Part shown: positions 37,893 through 48,184 of the stretch, one piece after another | Numbering within the stretch: the first letter of the stretch is position 1 | How the letters are laid out: every line of letters begins with the position of its first letter | Assembly: GCA_043821365.1 (NCBI GenBank) | Contig: JBDRCX010000006.1 | Coordinates: 672,001 to 736,000 of the forward strand | Reading direction: 5' to 3' | DNA length: 64,000 bases | DNA from: Candidatus Micrarchaeota archaeon | GTDB taxonomy: Archaea > Micrarchaeota > Micrarchaeia > Anstonellales > Bilamarchaeaceae | Program-made: the position numbers and the translations under genes | The notes under the pieces: generated by a model | What the model was told of the DNA's origin: nothing | Databases searched by the model: none | Seen by the model: the letters and a program-made list of their open reading frames with translations, nothing else

Positions 37893-37896
37893 AGAT

Positions 37897-38088
37897 ATGC
37901 CTAATTGTTCTTTTTGTGATAATTCCGTGCATAAAGGCACTGGAATGATGTATGTTAAGAAAGATGGTACATTGTATAATTTCTGTTCAAGCAAGTGCAA
38001 AAAAAATGCTCTTGGATTGAAAAGAGAAGGAAGAAGACAGAAATGGACACCAGCAGCAAGAAAATTCACTGGTCGTCAAGCGAAGTGA
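37897..38088 (+). CDS. rpl24e: 50S ribosomal protein L24e
   Basis: CSFC...GTGMMYVKKDG...FCSSKC...KWT. Confidence 0.96.
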   Translation: MPNCSFCDNSVHKGTGMMYVKKDGTLYNFCSSKCKKNALGLKREGRRQKWTPAARKFTGRQAK

Positions 38089-38092
38089 GATA

Positions 38093-38554
38093 ATGATTGA
38101 AAGAACATTGCTTCTTCTTAAGCCTGATGCAATACAAAGAGGTCTTATTGGTAAATTGTTGCATCGATTTGAAAGAAAAGGATTCAAGATTATAGGTCTA
38201 AAAATGCTTAAGATGTCAAAAGATCTAGCCAAAGAGCATTATGCTCACCTGGTTAACAAACCTTTTTATCCAGATCTTGAAAAATTTGTTACTGAAAATC
38301 CAATCATTGCAGTTGCAATTGAAGGTAAAGAAGCAGTTGAAGTTACAAGAACAATTGTTGGTCCAACTAATGCATCAAAAGCACCAAGTGGAACAATAAG
38401 GGGAGATTTTTCAAATAGTACTTCAAGAAATGTCATACACGCGTCTGATTCAAAAGAAACAGCAGAAAAAGAAGTTCCAAGGTTCTTTAAACCAGATGAA
38501 CTTTTTGACTATTCGCTTGTTTTGGAGAACTATCTTCGTGCATCAGATGAATAA
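38093..38554 (+). CDS. ndk: Nucleoside diphosphate kinase
   Basis: KPDAIQR, GTIRGDF, NVIHASDS. Confidence 0.97.
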   Translation: MIERTLLLLKPDAIQRGLIGKLLHRFERKGFKIIGLKMLKMSKDLAKEHYAHLVNKPFYPDLEKFVTENPIIAVAIEGKEAVEVTRTIVGPTNASKAPSGTIRGDFSNSTSRNVIHASDSKETAEKEVPRFFKPDELFDYSLVLENYLRASDE

Positions 38555-38592
38555 TGTTTTTTTGAAATAGGAATTTTAATGAGGTAGAAAAA

Positions 38593-38928
38593 ATGAGTAA
38601 GAAATTGTATGTAGGAAATTTGCCGTTTAGTGTAACCCAAGAGCAGTTGAAAGATCTTTTTGCTCCTATGGGTGAGGTTACTGAAGTTACCCTTATCGTT
38701 GATAAGGCAACTGGCCGCTCACGTGGTTTTGGTTTCGTTACCATTTCAGATGATGAGGTTGCTGCTAAAGCAATTTCAGAAATGAATGGAAAAGATATCG
38801 AAGGCCGACAGATCACAGTGAGTGAAGCCCGTCCAATGGGTGAACGCAGCGAAAGAAGACCATTCCGTCCAAGGGGCGGCGGTGGCTTTGGTGGTAGAGG
38901 CCGAAGAAGAGAATTTGATGATTTCTAA
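38593..38928 (+). CDS. Single-RRM RNA-binding protein with Gly/Arg tail
   Basis: RNP2 LYVGNL, RNP1 RGFGFVT, RGGGGFGGRGRR. Confidence 0.93.
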   Translation: MSKKLYVGNLPFSVTQEQLKDLFAPMGEVTEVTLIVDKATGRSRGFGFVTISDDEVAAKAISEMNGKDIEGRQITVSEARPMGERSERRPFRPRGGGGFGGRGRRREFDDF

Positions 38929-39335
38929 TTTTTAATAATTTTTATTTTTATTGTTACGCTTCCATAAGGGTCAGTCCCTTGAGTGGATGCGGTATTATCT
39001 ACCACTAAATAGTACCTTCCAGGTTCGATAATTTCAATAGTCTGTGAATATTCTGAAACACCTATTCCTTGATCTTCAACAATAAAATCCTGTACTCCAC
39101 CGCCTAAATTGTAATTATAATCAGCATAGCCATTAGAATCAACAAGGTAAACGTCAACAGGCCCCCCATCAGTGACATTCACATCAATATTGATTAAGTC
39201 GCCTTTTACTGTATCAAACCACCAGGCATTCATCTCATCCTGTGCAATAGTGGTTTGTTCATCAAATAGAGGTTCAGTTTGTAAACATCCAAAAAGAGCC
39301 AAGCTTAATATGGCTAAGATTATGATCTTATACAT
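38925..39335 (-). CDS. Putative lipoprotein
   Basis: Lipobox ALFGC; beta-sandwich-like GRYYLVVDN. Confidence 0.6.
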   Translation of the reverse strand: MYKIIILAILSLALFGCLQTEPLFDEQTTIAQDEMNAWWFDTVKGDLINIDVNVTDGGPVDVYLVDSNGYADYNYNLGGGVQDFIVEDQGIGVSEYSQTIEIIEPGRYYLVVDNTASTQGTDPYGSVTIKIKIIKN

Positions 39336-39365
39336 TATTGATAAACCCGTGTTTAATTTAAAAAA

Positions 39366-40670
39366 TTAAGGTTTATTTCTGTTCATTGTCCTGGGAAATG
39401 CAATAGCATCTTTGATATTGTCTAAACCACAAATCCAGCGCAATACTCTCTCTACTCCGATCCCATACCCGCTGTGTGGGACACTACCATACTTTCTAAG
39501 GTCAAAATACCAATCATAGTCCTTTGGGTCCCCGTCTTCTTTTTCTATTCTTTTCATCATGTCTTCCACATCTATGCTTCTTTGCGATCCTCCTACTATT
39601 TCACCATAGCCTTCTGGTGCAAGCATGTCAAAACATAAAGCAGTTTTAGGATCGTTTTTGTCTCTTGGCTTGTAGAATGCCATGATATCAGCAGGATAGT
39701 GGGTTACTACAATTGGTGTGCCAAAATGTTCCATAATCTTCTCTTCTTCTATTGTTCTAAGGTCTTCCCCCCATGGGTGTTCCATTCCTTCCTTTTCCTT
39801 GAGTATCTTCAACACATCGGTGTAGGTGATTGTTGGAAATGGTTTTGAAATTGCAGTTTTTAATTTTGCAACATCTCTTCCTAGGAATATAAGGTCTTTT
39901 TCATGTTTTTCAAGGACTTTTTCAACTAAAAATTTTATCTCATCCTTTGCAACTTGTACTACCTCGTCAAGTTCCATCCAGGGAGCTTCCATTTCTGCCA
40001 TCCAGAATTCAGCCAAATGCCTTGATGTTTTACTTTTTTCTGCTCTGAATGTGGGTGCAACGTCATATATCTTACCCAAACTAAAAATTGCTGCTTCTGC
40101 ATAAAGCTGCCAGCTTTGTGTTAGGTACATTTTTTCATCAAAATATTGCACTTCAAAAAGAGTCATCTTTCCTTCACATGCATTCGGAGATAATATGGGC
40201 GGATCAAACAAAGTATAGCCTTTTTTCTGGAAAAATTCATGTATCGCCAGAATCATTGTGCTTCTTATCTGAAGTATTTTTGTGAGTTTTTGGCTTCTGA
40301 TCCAGAGATGACGGACATCTAGCAAAAATTCGTCTGAAAGGTCCTTTGCAATTGGGAATGGTTCTCCTCTCGTAACAGTTTCAAATTTTTTGACATCAAG
40401 TTCATATCCACCTGGAGCCCGTTCATCTTTTTTTACTATACCTGAAACAATAACTGAACTCTCAATATAGGCTTCATTCGAATCCTTCCAGGAATTTTCG
40501 TCAACCTTGTCTTTTTTGATGGTTGTTTGAAGCACACCACTAGAATCTCTTAGTACTGCAAAAACCATATTCCCAGCACTACCAATTCTATGCCTATAAA
40601 TCCAACCACGAATAGTGATTTCACTACCTTCTAACTTCTCAGTAAAAACAGTATTAATATCAGTAATCAT
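39366..40670 (-). CDS. asnS: Asparagine--tRNA ligase
   Basis: OB-fold LRD; YLTQSWQLYAE, FRAEKSKTSRHLAEF, EIVGGSQR, PHSGYGIGVER. Confidence 0.9.
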   Translation of the reverse strand: MITDINTVFTEKLEGSEITIRGWIYRHRIGSAGNMVFAVLRDSSGVLQTTIKKDKVDENSWKDSNEAYIESSVIVSGIVKKDERAPGGYELDVKKFETVTRGEPFPIAKDLSDEFLLDVRHLWIRSQKLTKILQIRSTMILAIHEFFQKKGYTLFDPPILSPNACEGKMTLFEVQYFDEKMYLTQSWQLYAEAAIFSLGKIYDVAPTFRAEKSKTSRHLAEFWMAEMEAPWMELDEVVQVAKDEIKFLVEKVLEKHEKDLIFLGRDVAKLKTAISKPFPTITYTDVLKILKEKEGMEHPWGEDLRTIEEEKIMEHFGTPIVVTHYPADIMAFYKPRDKNDPKTALCFDMLAPEGYGEIVGGSQRSIDVEDMMKRIEKEDGDPKDYDWYFDLRKYGSVPHSGYGIGVERVLRWICGLDNIKDAIAFPRTMNRNKP

Positions 40671-40786
40671 GTATCGAATTAGTTTAAAAAGAAATAAAAA
40701 GAAATGTTAGTTTCAAATAACGGCCAATACCGTAATAAATAACTATTCTCATATTTTTTCTTGTCACCATCTTTTTTGGTGATAAA

Positions 40787-41263
40787 ATGAAAAATTCATT
40801 GCTGGTTTGTTTGTTAATGGTTTTTGCATTTATGCAAAATATAAATGCAACCGAGCCATTGAGTACATACCCTGGCGTGGTTGTAAGTTCAAATTATGGA
40901 GTAAGTAATCTATCTGTTGTCCCTTCAGTCATATCTACTTGTCCTGCAGCTCCAATGTATGAACTTATTTGTCAGGATGGGTATCATGTTGAGATACAAT
41001 ATGATGAAAACGGATGCGAAATCGGACAGATTTGTGTAGCAGATTCAACCTGCCCCCCGGTTCCCATGTCCCAGCTAATATGTGAAGACGGCTATCATGT
41101 TGAATTGCAGTATGATGCAAACGGGTGTGTGATTGGTCAGGTTTGTGTAATTGATTCTACGTGTTCTTCAACTACAATGGATGATTTAGCTAAAGAAATC
41201 AATGAGAATAACAACTTAATCCGGGAACTAATAGATTTGTTAAAACAAATTTTCTCTCTCTAA
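40787..41263 (+). CDS. Secreted protein with two 37-aa Cys repeats
   Basis: 111-bp tandem units starting 40940 and 41051 (C..P...LIC.DGYHVE.QYD.NGC.IGQ.CV.DST). Confidence 0.75.
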   Translation: MKNSLLVCLLMVFAFMQNINATEPLSTYPGVVVSSNYGVSNLSVVPSVISTCPAAPMYELICQDGYHVEIQYDENGCEIGQICVADSTCPPVPMSQLICEDGYHVELQYDANGCVIGQVCVIDSTCSSTTMDDLAKEINENNNLIRELIDLLKQIFSL

Positions 41264-41322
41264 TTTTTTTTATTTTAAAAATAGAAAATAAAAAGGAGAT
41301 TAAAAAAGGACCTTGGTCCTTT

Positions 41323-42597
41323 TTATGCTGCTGCTTTTGGTACAACGTCCAACACAACCCCAGCTGCGACTGTTTGACCCATATCTCTAAGGGCAAATCT
41401 GCCGAGTGGTGGGAAGTCGGAGAACTTCTCAATAACCATTGGTTTTAATGGTTGGATTCTAACAACTGCAACATCTCCAGTCTTAATAAAGTCTGGTTTT
41501 GCTTGGGCTGTTTGTCCTGTTTTCGGATCTTTCTTCTCCAAAATTTCTACAACCTTACCTGCAAATTGTGCTGTGTGAATGTGGAATACTGGCGTATAAC
41601 CAATTGAAATTGCAGTTGGGTGGTTCAATACAACAATCTGTGCAGTAAATGTCTCTGCAACTTTTGGTGGATTTGAAGAAGGACCAATAACATCTCCTCT
41701 TTTAATGTCCTTTTTATCAACACCCTTGAGGTTGAAACCAACATTATCTCCTGGCATTGCCTCAGTAAGCTCCTGGTGATGCATTTCGATTTTCTTAACT
41801 TCACCTTTAGCATTTGATGGCATAACTACGATGCTGTCTCCTGGTTTCATCTTTCCAGTTTCAACTCTTCCTACTGGAACAGTACCGTGGCCAGTGATTG
41901 TAAAGACATCTTGAATTGGAAGTCTCAATGGTTTGTCAACTGGTTTTGGAGGTATTTTGAATGTGTCTATAATCTCCAATAAAGTTGGACCGGTATACCA
42001 TGGCATGTTTGCTGATTTCTTTGTTAAGTTGTCACCAGCATATCCAGAACATGGAACAAACTTTACTTCTTCTAACTTGTATCCAATTCCTTTGAGTAGT
42101 TTTTCAACTTCTGCTTTTATCTTGTCGTATTCTTCTTGTTTGTAACCAACTGCATCCATCTTGTTCATGTTGACTGCAAATTGATTAATACCAAGAACTT
42201 TTGCAAGAAATGCGTGTTCTTTTGTCTGTGGTTGAACACCGTCCTTAACAGAAACTTGAAGTACTGCAGCATCTGCTTGGCTTGCACCTGTAATCATGTT
42301 TTTAACAAAATCACGGTGGCCAGGAGCATCGATAATTGTACAATAGTACTTTGGTGTTTCGAATTCCCTGTGAGAGATATCGATAGTAACTCCTCTTTCT
42401 CTTTCTTCTTTCAAAGCATCCATAACGAATGCAAATTCGAATGTTGCTTTACCAACCTTGGAAGCTTCCTCCTTGAGCCTGTTGAGCACCTGTTCTGAGA
42501 TTGCTCCAGTTTCGTAGAGAATTCTACCAACTGATGTTGACTTACCTGAGTCAACGTGTCCTATAAACACTAAATTTAGGTGTTCTTTCTTTGCCAT
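41323..42597 (-). CDS. tuf: Translation elongation factor EF-1alpha
   Basis: [45 protein letters not shown]. Confidence 0.98.
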   Translation of the reverse strand: MAKKEHLNLVFIGHVDSGKSTSVGRILYETGAISEQVLNRLKEEASKVGKATFEFAFVMDALKEERERGVTIDISHREFETPKYYCTIIDAPGHRDFVKNMITGASQADAAVLQVSVKDGVQPQTKEHAFLAKVLGINQFAVNMNKMDAVGYKQEEYDKIKAEVEKLLKGIGYKLEEVKFVPCSGYAGDNLTKKSANMPWYTGPTLLEIIDTFKIPPKPVDKPLRLPIQDVFTITGHGTVPVGRVETGKMKPGDSIVVMPSNAKGEVKKIEMHHQELTEAMPGDNVGFNLKGVDKKDIKRGDVIGPSSNPPKVAETFTAQIVVLNHPTAISIGYTPVFHIHTAQFAGKVVEILEKKDPKTGQTAQAKPDFIKTGDVAVVRIQPLKPMVIEKFSDFPPLGRFALRDMGQTVAAGVVLDVVPKAAA

Positions 42598-42716
42598 AAA
42601 TTCATCTCCTTTTATTTTTTTTCTTTTAATAATAGCCAACCTTTAATAGAAAAAGGTAAACGTGAATTTATTCCAAGATGTTTTTAAAGCTAACTATTAT
42701 TCCCCTGTCGTTTTTT

Positions 42717-43199
42717 TTACACTTTTGCCAATATTACGGTGTAATTTTGTCCATAATGTTTAGCACAAGAAGGACACATCGTATAGAAAAAGTACATTTT
42801 ACTCATCTTCTTTTTCTTTGATTTTGTGTATTCTTCCATTTCGCTTACCCACCTACCCATATTTTGATAGGACCCCTCAAAGACTTTAGTTAGAAATGTA
42901 CCTGAGATTTTCTCCATCTTGGCTCCAGGTATCTCTTTATTCACTGCAATGTAAATATCAGAACCAAATAATGAATTTTCATCTGAAAGCATAAGTTGTT
43001 CTCCAAGTGCATCAGCTGATTTTATTTTTTCTATATTTTTTACAATAACCTGACCAAAATTCAAAGGTATGTGGAAAAAACTCATCACATGGTCTTTAAT
43101 AAATAATTTGTTCTTCCACTTAATTTCCTTTTCATTCCATGGTGTTGAGTTAAATCTGTTACAACAACCAGTTTCAGATTCTTCATATAATTTGTCCAT
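42717..43199 (-). CDS. Conserved hypothetical protein (GyrI-like, uncertain)
   Basis: TGCC N-terminus; YFFYTMCPSCAKHYG C-terminus. Confidence 0.6.
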   Translation of the reverse strand: MDKLYEESETGCCNRFNSTPWNEKEIKWKNKLFIKDHVMSFFHIPLNFGQVIVKNIEKIKSADALGEQLMLSDENSLFGSDIYIAVNKEIPGAKMEKISGTFLTKVFEGSYQNMGRWVSEMEEYTKSKKKKMSKMYFFYTMCPSCAKHYGQNYTVILAKV

Positions 43200-43508
43200 A
43201 CTTATCCCATCTAAACTATTCGTTATATGGTTTTTTATAAATTAGTTTTCTTAACGATTAGAATTTCTAAAAAGAAGGGAGATGGTACACCAATAGGCTC
43301 CATCCCGCCTCCCACTCTTAATCTCCATTGTGGAGGAAAAGACTTTGTACTAAAAAAATTTATATAGCTGAATCTTTGTCTCTAAAAGTCAACATCACAA
43401 AATTTCTCTTTTTCCAATCAAAACAAAAAGAACTTCTATACCCAGAGCTCTCCCTTTCGAGTGTACAAATAAAATTTCGTTTTTAAATCTTGTCATCGTG
43501 ATACACAT

Positions 43509-44780
43509 ATGGTCAAGAATAAATCCTACCGTTTCAAGAAAAAAGATGATTCACTTCTTCCTTTGGCAGTTTCAAATCCAAAAAAAAATCCATACAGATT
43601 CAGAAAAAAAGATGAAAGCACTACAGTAGTAATTGCAGTGAGTTTATTGTTGATCCTAGTAATACTTTTTGGTGGTGCACTTCTATTTGTATTAAGTCAG
43701 AAAAGTGACCAACCAGTAATCATCCCATCTAATAATTCAACTTCTAATCTCACGAATACAACTAACACAACAATTGAATGTGGTGATGATTGCATTTACT
43801 TGAATGCAATTAATGGCAACAATTACTCAGCATGTCTACCTATAATGAATTCAACTATTACACAAATGTGTTTTGAATATTTTTCCAACGAATCACTTGA
43901 TGCATGTAAACTTGTTACTGATATGGAAAAGAAAAAAGTTTGTGTTACTAAGTTTGCTATGGAAGACGATAATGCATTGCTATGTGATCTCCTCTTAAGT
44001 GAAGGATATTTGGAATGTAAAGTACAAGTAGATCCATGTTATGCAGAGTTAGACCAAAATCTTTGTCATGCAGTAAATGAAAACGATCCTTCAAAATGTA
44101 AGTCAAATGATGAATGTTTATTGAATTATAGTGTTACTAACTCAGATGTTGATGGATGCGAACTTATTTCAGACGAAGTTATATCACTTGCATGTCTTTC
44201 AACAACTTCTGATGAGGATTATTGCAAAACTCTAACAGAAGGTCCAAAAACAGAATACTGTTATCAGCTTTACAGTGTTTTTGAAGATGATTATTCTTAT
44301 TGTAGTAAAATAACAAATCTTGAAGGTCCATACGCTCTAGATTGTTATTCTAATTATGCAATTAGTGAGGAAGATCATATAATTTGTAATGTATTGACTT
44401 TAGATCAAAGGTGGAAATGCTATACAAACTATTCACTTGCAACTGGTGATCTTGATGGTTGCGAGGATATTCATCTGCTTGCTGATACCAATCGTTTCAA
44501 TTGTGTTTTTACATATGCAAATAAGTATGGTAATCCATCTGCTTGTAATATTCTTGAAGATACAAGTTCCAAATCAGTTTGTTACCAAGGTCCAATAATT
44601 TATTCCCCACAGAATCTTGATTGGCAATACTGTGAAGATGTTTCAAACTCAGACTGGTCTAATAAATGTTTCAATGAGGCTGCAAAATTAAACCAAGATA
44701 TCTCTATTTGCAATTATATAGCTGTGGATTATGCAAAAGAAGCATGTAAAATAGCCTATGAAGTAAATAAAACAAAATAA
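43509..44780 (+). CDS. Membrane-anchored Cys-rich helical-repeat protein
   Basis: Single TM followed by repeated C...A....D...C units. Confidence 0.7.
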   Translation: MVKNKSYRFKKKDDSLLPLAVSNPKKNPYRFRKKDESTTVVIAVSLLLILVILFGGALLFVLSQKSDQPVIIPSNNSTSNLTNTTNTTIECGDDCIYLNAINGNNYSACLPIMNSTITQMCFEYFSNESLDACKLVTDMEKKKVCVTKFAMEDDNALLCDLLLSEGYLECKVQVDPCYAELDQNLCHAVNENDPSKCKSNDECLLNYSVTNSDVDGCELISDEVISLACLSTTSDEDYCKTLTEGPKTEYCYQLYSVFEDDYSYCSKITNLEGPYALDCYSNYAISEEDHIICNVLTLDQRWKCYTNYSLATGDLDGCEDIHLLADTNRFNCVFTYANKYGNPSACNILEDTSSKSVCYQGPIIYSPQNLDWQYCEDVSNSDWSNKCFNEAAKLNQDISICNYIAVDYAKEACKIAYEVNKTK

Positions 44781-44785
44781 AAAAA

Positions 44786-45433
44786 TTATTCTTTTGGTTG
44801 CTCTTCTTTAGGATCTTCTTCTACTGATATTTGTTCAAAGTAGTTTAGATCATAAGTGAATTCTTCGTATGATTTTATCTTACCCTGAGCCATCATCAAT
44901 TCTCTTGAGAGAATGTAGAATATAAGTGCAAGAGATCGTTTTCCTTTGTTGTTTATTGGGATTATATGATCAATGAATTTTGTTTCATTATCAGTATCAC
45001 ACAATGCAATAACAGGAACACCATTTTTTGCACTTTCTATTAATGCCTCATGTTCACCTTTTGGATCACATACCATCACAATTTTTGGTTCCATGAATTT
45101 TTCTACATTCATGTTTGTCATTGTTCCAGGTACAAATCGTCCTTTGACTAGGTTGACTCCAGTGAGTTCAGCAAATTTACTTGCAGGGTTGCTAGAATAG
45201 ACACGGGAAGCAACTATGCACACTTCTTCTGGTTTGTATCTTGCTAATATTTTTGCTGCACTTACCAGTCTTTCTGCACTTTTTCTCAAATCAAGTATGT
45301 AGAGGCCATCGTCTCTTCTTTTGAAGATATAGTCTCTCATATCACTTGTTCTTATCTTGGTGCCAATGTGTACACCGGCTTCAAGAAAGATTTCCTGTTT
45401 TACAGGCATTCCAGTTTTATCTGTTGTTGTCAT
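44786..45433 (-). CDS. rps2: 30S ribosomal protein S2
   Basis: EAGVHIGT, GRFVPGTMTN, IALCDTDN, NNKG. Confidence 0.97.
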   Translation of the reverse strand: MTTTDKTGMPVKQEIFLEAGVHIGTKIRTSDMRDYIFKRRDDGLYILDLRKSAERLVSAAKILARYKPEEVCIVASRVYSSNPASKFAELTGVNLVKGRFVPGTMTNMNVEKFMEPKIVMVCDPKGEHEALIESAKNGVPVIALCDTDNETKFIDHIIPINNKGKRSLALIFYILSRELMMAQGKIKSYEEFTYDLNYFEQISVEEDPKEEQPKE

Positions 45434-45596
45434 ATTTTCATCCTCCTGTTGTCCTTTTTAGAAAAAGGACCAAAAATCTGGTTTTGTTAAGTTTTCCTCT
45501 TCGAGGAAAAATGATTTAACTAAAATCCATCGGATTTTTCATCAACCAGTTTTTTATGTCACTTTTTTCCAAAAAAGTGACTGGGGCCGCTGAGAT

Positions 45597-45634
45597 ATGC
45601 TCCTCCCAACCGCAGGAATTTGTAGTTGAGAAGT
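45597..45634 (-). other. tRNA intron at 58/59 (38 nt)
   Basis: Helix GUUC/GAGC, bulges AA|A and AU|A, stem CUUCUCAAC/GUUGGGAG. Confidence 0.8.
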
Positions 45635-45639
45635 TTGAA

Positions 45640-45783
45640 TTTCTTGCGCTTTTTGGTAAAAAGCGCCCAAAAACTTAACTTGCTAATTTTTGCTCGCAAA
45701 GCTCGCAAAAATAGTGTTGCCACCAAAAACCCGATAGGGTTTTTCAACAAAGAATTTTGGAGCGCCTTTTTTCAAAAGGCGCA
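45640..45783 (-). other. tRNA intron at 53/54 (144 nt)
   Basis: Relaxed BHB: helix UCUG/AAGA (one G.A mismatch), bulges AG|U and AA|U, stem GCGC/GCGC. Confidence 0.78.
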
Positions 45784-46020
45784 CTCAGATAACAAGCACC
45801 CCAAGCTTGCAGGATACCAGGTTACCTCACGGCCCCAAAGAGGGGACGGTTTTGAACTTAAAGTTCAAATCAACTGCCCCTAAACTTCTAGACATTTGGT
45901 GTGGAAGGTTTTAATATCTATTTTAAACTCGAATGCCAATCTATTTAAATGTTAAAATGTATATTTTATTCTAAGAAATTTGTTTTAAACACAAGTTTCT
46001 AACCCACATATGGGGGTATT

Positions 46021-46533
46021 TTGTTATCATTTAACAAAAATGGTGATATATTGAAAAATAAGATAGATACTTTGGATCTTTTAATACTCAGGGAGTTAAG
46101 AGCTAATTGTAAACGACCAGTAAGGGAGTTAGCATTAAAACTTAGGATGCATCCAAACACACTTCTACAAAGAATTAAACGACTAGAGAAATCCAAAGTA
46201 ATACGTAAATATCATGCTGATATTGATTTCAAATCATTAGGATATGATATGCATTCAGTGGTTATGATAAAAATAAGAAAAAGCGGGCTAGAAGACGCAA
46301 AACTTCTCCAAGAAGTTTCTGATTTACCTGAGGTTCAATCTTTATACGCAGTTACTGGCGGTGCGGATTGCATTGCCATAATTAAAGCAAAAAACAGAGA
46401 TGATCTTGTACGTATTTTGAGAATTATACAAACACAACCTTCCGTATTAAGAACAACAAGTTACTTGGTTCTAATTACTTATAAAGAATCTGCAAGTTTC
46501 AATCCACTTACTTCTTTATCTGGAAGGAGTTAA
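46021..46533 (+). CDS. Lrp/AsnC family regulator
   Basis: IDTLDLLILREL, HPNTLLQRIKRLE, YAVTGGAD. Confidence 0.9.
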   Translation: MLSFNKNGDILKNKIDTLDLLILRELRANCKRPVRELALKLRMHPNTLLQRIKRLEKSKVIRKYHADIDFKSLGYDMHSVVMIKIRKSGLEDAKLLQEVSDLPEVQSLYAVTGGADCIAIIKAKNRDDLVRILRIIQTQPSVLRTTSYLVLITYKESASFNPLTSLSGRS

Positions 46534-48098
46534 TTCTTTTTTCTGAAACCATACAGGTAGTAAGCATTTCCGTATGATGGAATTATACCTTGTCTCAAAG
46601 CACCTTCAAATATTAAGTTTGCTTGGTGTTGTTCTATTAAAGTATTTCTAAGGTCTCTTTTTGCTATTGGATTGGTGCTAGTTGATGGGGGTGCCCATTC
46701 ATCTACAAATACTATTGCTCCCCCTGGTTTTAGTGATTCTATTGCATTTCGTACAAATGTTTCTCTTTCAGCTGGTTCCATATTATGCAGTACGCATGCA
46801 ACTATCACAGTATCATATTTATTAGCCGGGTCAATCTGTATCCCGTCTGTTCTAGTATCAAAAATTTCCCCACCATTAATTTTTCTTACTGATTTCCATA
46901 CTGCTGCTTCTCCATTTATTGGAGTGTAGCAGTCTACGAACACTTCATCAACCATCTTATATGTTGCAAGTATCTTTTCCAAGGCAAGTCTTCTTGCTAT
47001 CTGGACTCTGGCTAATCTTACTGGTGCTCTTGCAGCTTCAGTTTCAGTTGATGGTAGTTCCATTTGTCTTTGTTTAAGTTTGGCTGGGTCTTTTTCATAT
47101 ACCATCAAACTCATTGAGTGGTAAGCGTCAATTCTTAATTTGAATTCAGCCACAAATCTTGCTCCAGTGACATTCGACATTATCCTATCTCTTAAATCTG
47201 ATTTGCTTTCAACTGGTCTGAAATTTTCATCAAACTGAACCTCTATTGCAGGATCAAGAGCATTTTGACCTCGTTTTCTCGAAAGTTTTGCTGGCCATTC
47301 ATCTATTAATACAAAATAACCATGTTCTTCTAATTTTTTGAAAATCTCTTGTATAACCCTTGTCTTAATTCGCCTATGATCACTTGGTGGATCTCCATAC
47401 TCATTTTCACGAAGCAGCATAACTGGGTCTGCTATTAAATGTAATGTTTGTGATAAAATTGCCATGTGTATTTGCGCATCTAATCGCAGTTCTCTAAAAT
47501 CTTGTTGAGTGTACTCAACATCAATACCAAGTTCAGCAAGCTTTCTTTTTGCTTCTGCTTGCATTCCTGTTGAAATATCATTTGCAATGATTCTTAGACG
47601 TGCTATAGCTTCTGGATCAACTTCCCCCAATCCAGTTACTATACTCTCTATAACTGTTCCAGTACCACAACTCATTTCTAGTGTTCTACCAGTAAATATA
47701 TTTGTTTTACTAGTATCCATTCTTGATGCATGAACTGCAACTAATAGTTTGAGCAGACGTCTTATTGCTTCATCATGCTCTTTCATGTGGCCATCATAAT
47801 TTTTTCCAGCCCACTCATCGAACAAATCTGCCATACTTGTTTTTGAATAACTTCTTGCAACTTGTGCCATCCCGCTTTCAGCAACTAACTTGTCTATTGT
47901 TCTTCTTCTATCTTCATGAAGTGCTCTAAGTTGTCCATCTAGTTCAGGGTTTGCTCCTCTCTTGTGCATAGGTGGGTCTACGTGTGCTGCGCGTAATGTA
48001 CCGACACGGTGGCGTTTTGTCATTCCAACATCACGTCCACCCTTTGAAAGGTCTTGTATAGCCATTTGTATTCCCTCAATTCGACCATCCCACCTCAA
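46530..48098 (-). CDS. Tandem class I SAM-dependent methyltransferase-domain protein
   Basis: LEMSCGTG, NDIS, LSQTLHLI, VLIDEWP; second domain YDTVIVACVLHN...LKPGGAIVFVDEW. Confidence 0.75.
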   Translation of the reverse strand: MRWDGRIEGIQMAIQDLSKGGRDVGMTKRHRVGTLRAAHVDPPMHKRGANPELDGQLRALHEDRRRTIDKLVAESGMAQVARSYSKTSMADLFDEWAGKNYDGHMKEHDEAIRRLLKLLVAVHASRMDTSKTNIFTGRTLEMSCGTGTVIESIVTGLGEVDPEAIARLRIIANDISTGMQAEAKRKLAELGIDVEYTQQDFRELRLDAQIHMAILSQTLHLIADPVMLLRENEYGDPPSDHRRIKTRVIQEIFKKLEEHGYFVLIDEWPAKLSRKRGQNALDPAIEVQFDENFRPVESKSDLRDRIMSNVTGARFVAEFKLRIDAYHSMSLMVYEKDPAKLKQRQMELPSTETEAARAPVRLARVQIARRLALEKILATYKMVDEVFVDCYTPINGEAAVWKSVRKINGGEIFDTRTDGIQIDPANKYDTVIVACVLHNMEPAERETFVRNAIESLKPGGAIVFVDEWAPPSTSTNPIAKRDLRNTLIEQHQANLIFEGALRQGIIPSYGNAYYLYGFRKKN

Positions 48099-48184
48099 CT
48101 TAATTAACAGTCTTTACCCTAATCTATTATGCAAAGCAAATATTTAAAAGGTATTGTTTTAGTTTATGGCAATTAACGTAAGTT

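Larger units (their letters stand above)
45582..45836 (-). tRNA. tRNA-Pro(GGG) with two T-arm introns (45783-45640 at 53/54; 45634-45597 at 58/59)
   Basis: Spliced: GGGGCCG TG AGGT AACCTGGT ATCCT G CAAGC TT GGG GT GCTTG TTAT CTGAG|TTCAA|AT CTCAG CGGCCCC A. Confidence 0.9.

Noticed and set aside
45559-45883. ORFs 45559-45750(-) and 45626-45883(+)
   Set aside because: They overlap the intron-containing tRNA-Pro.
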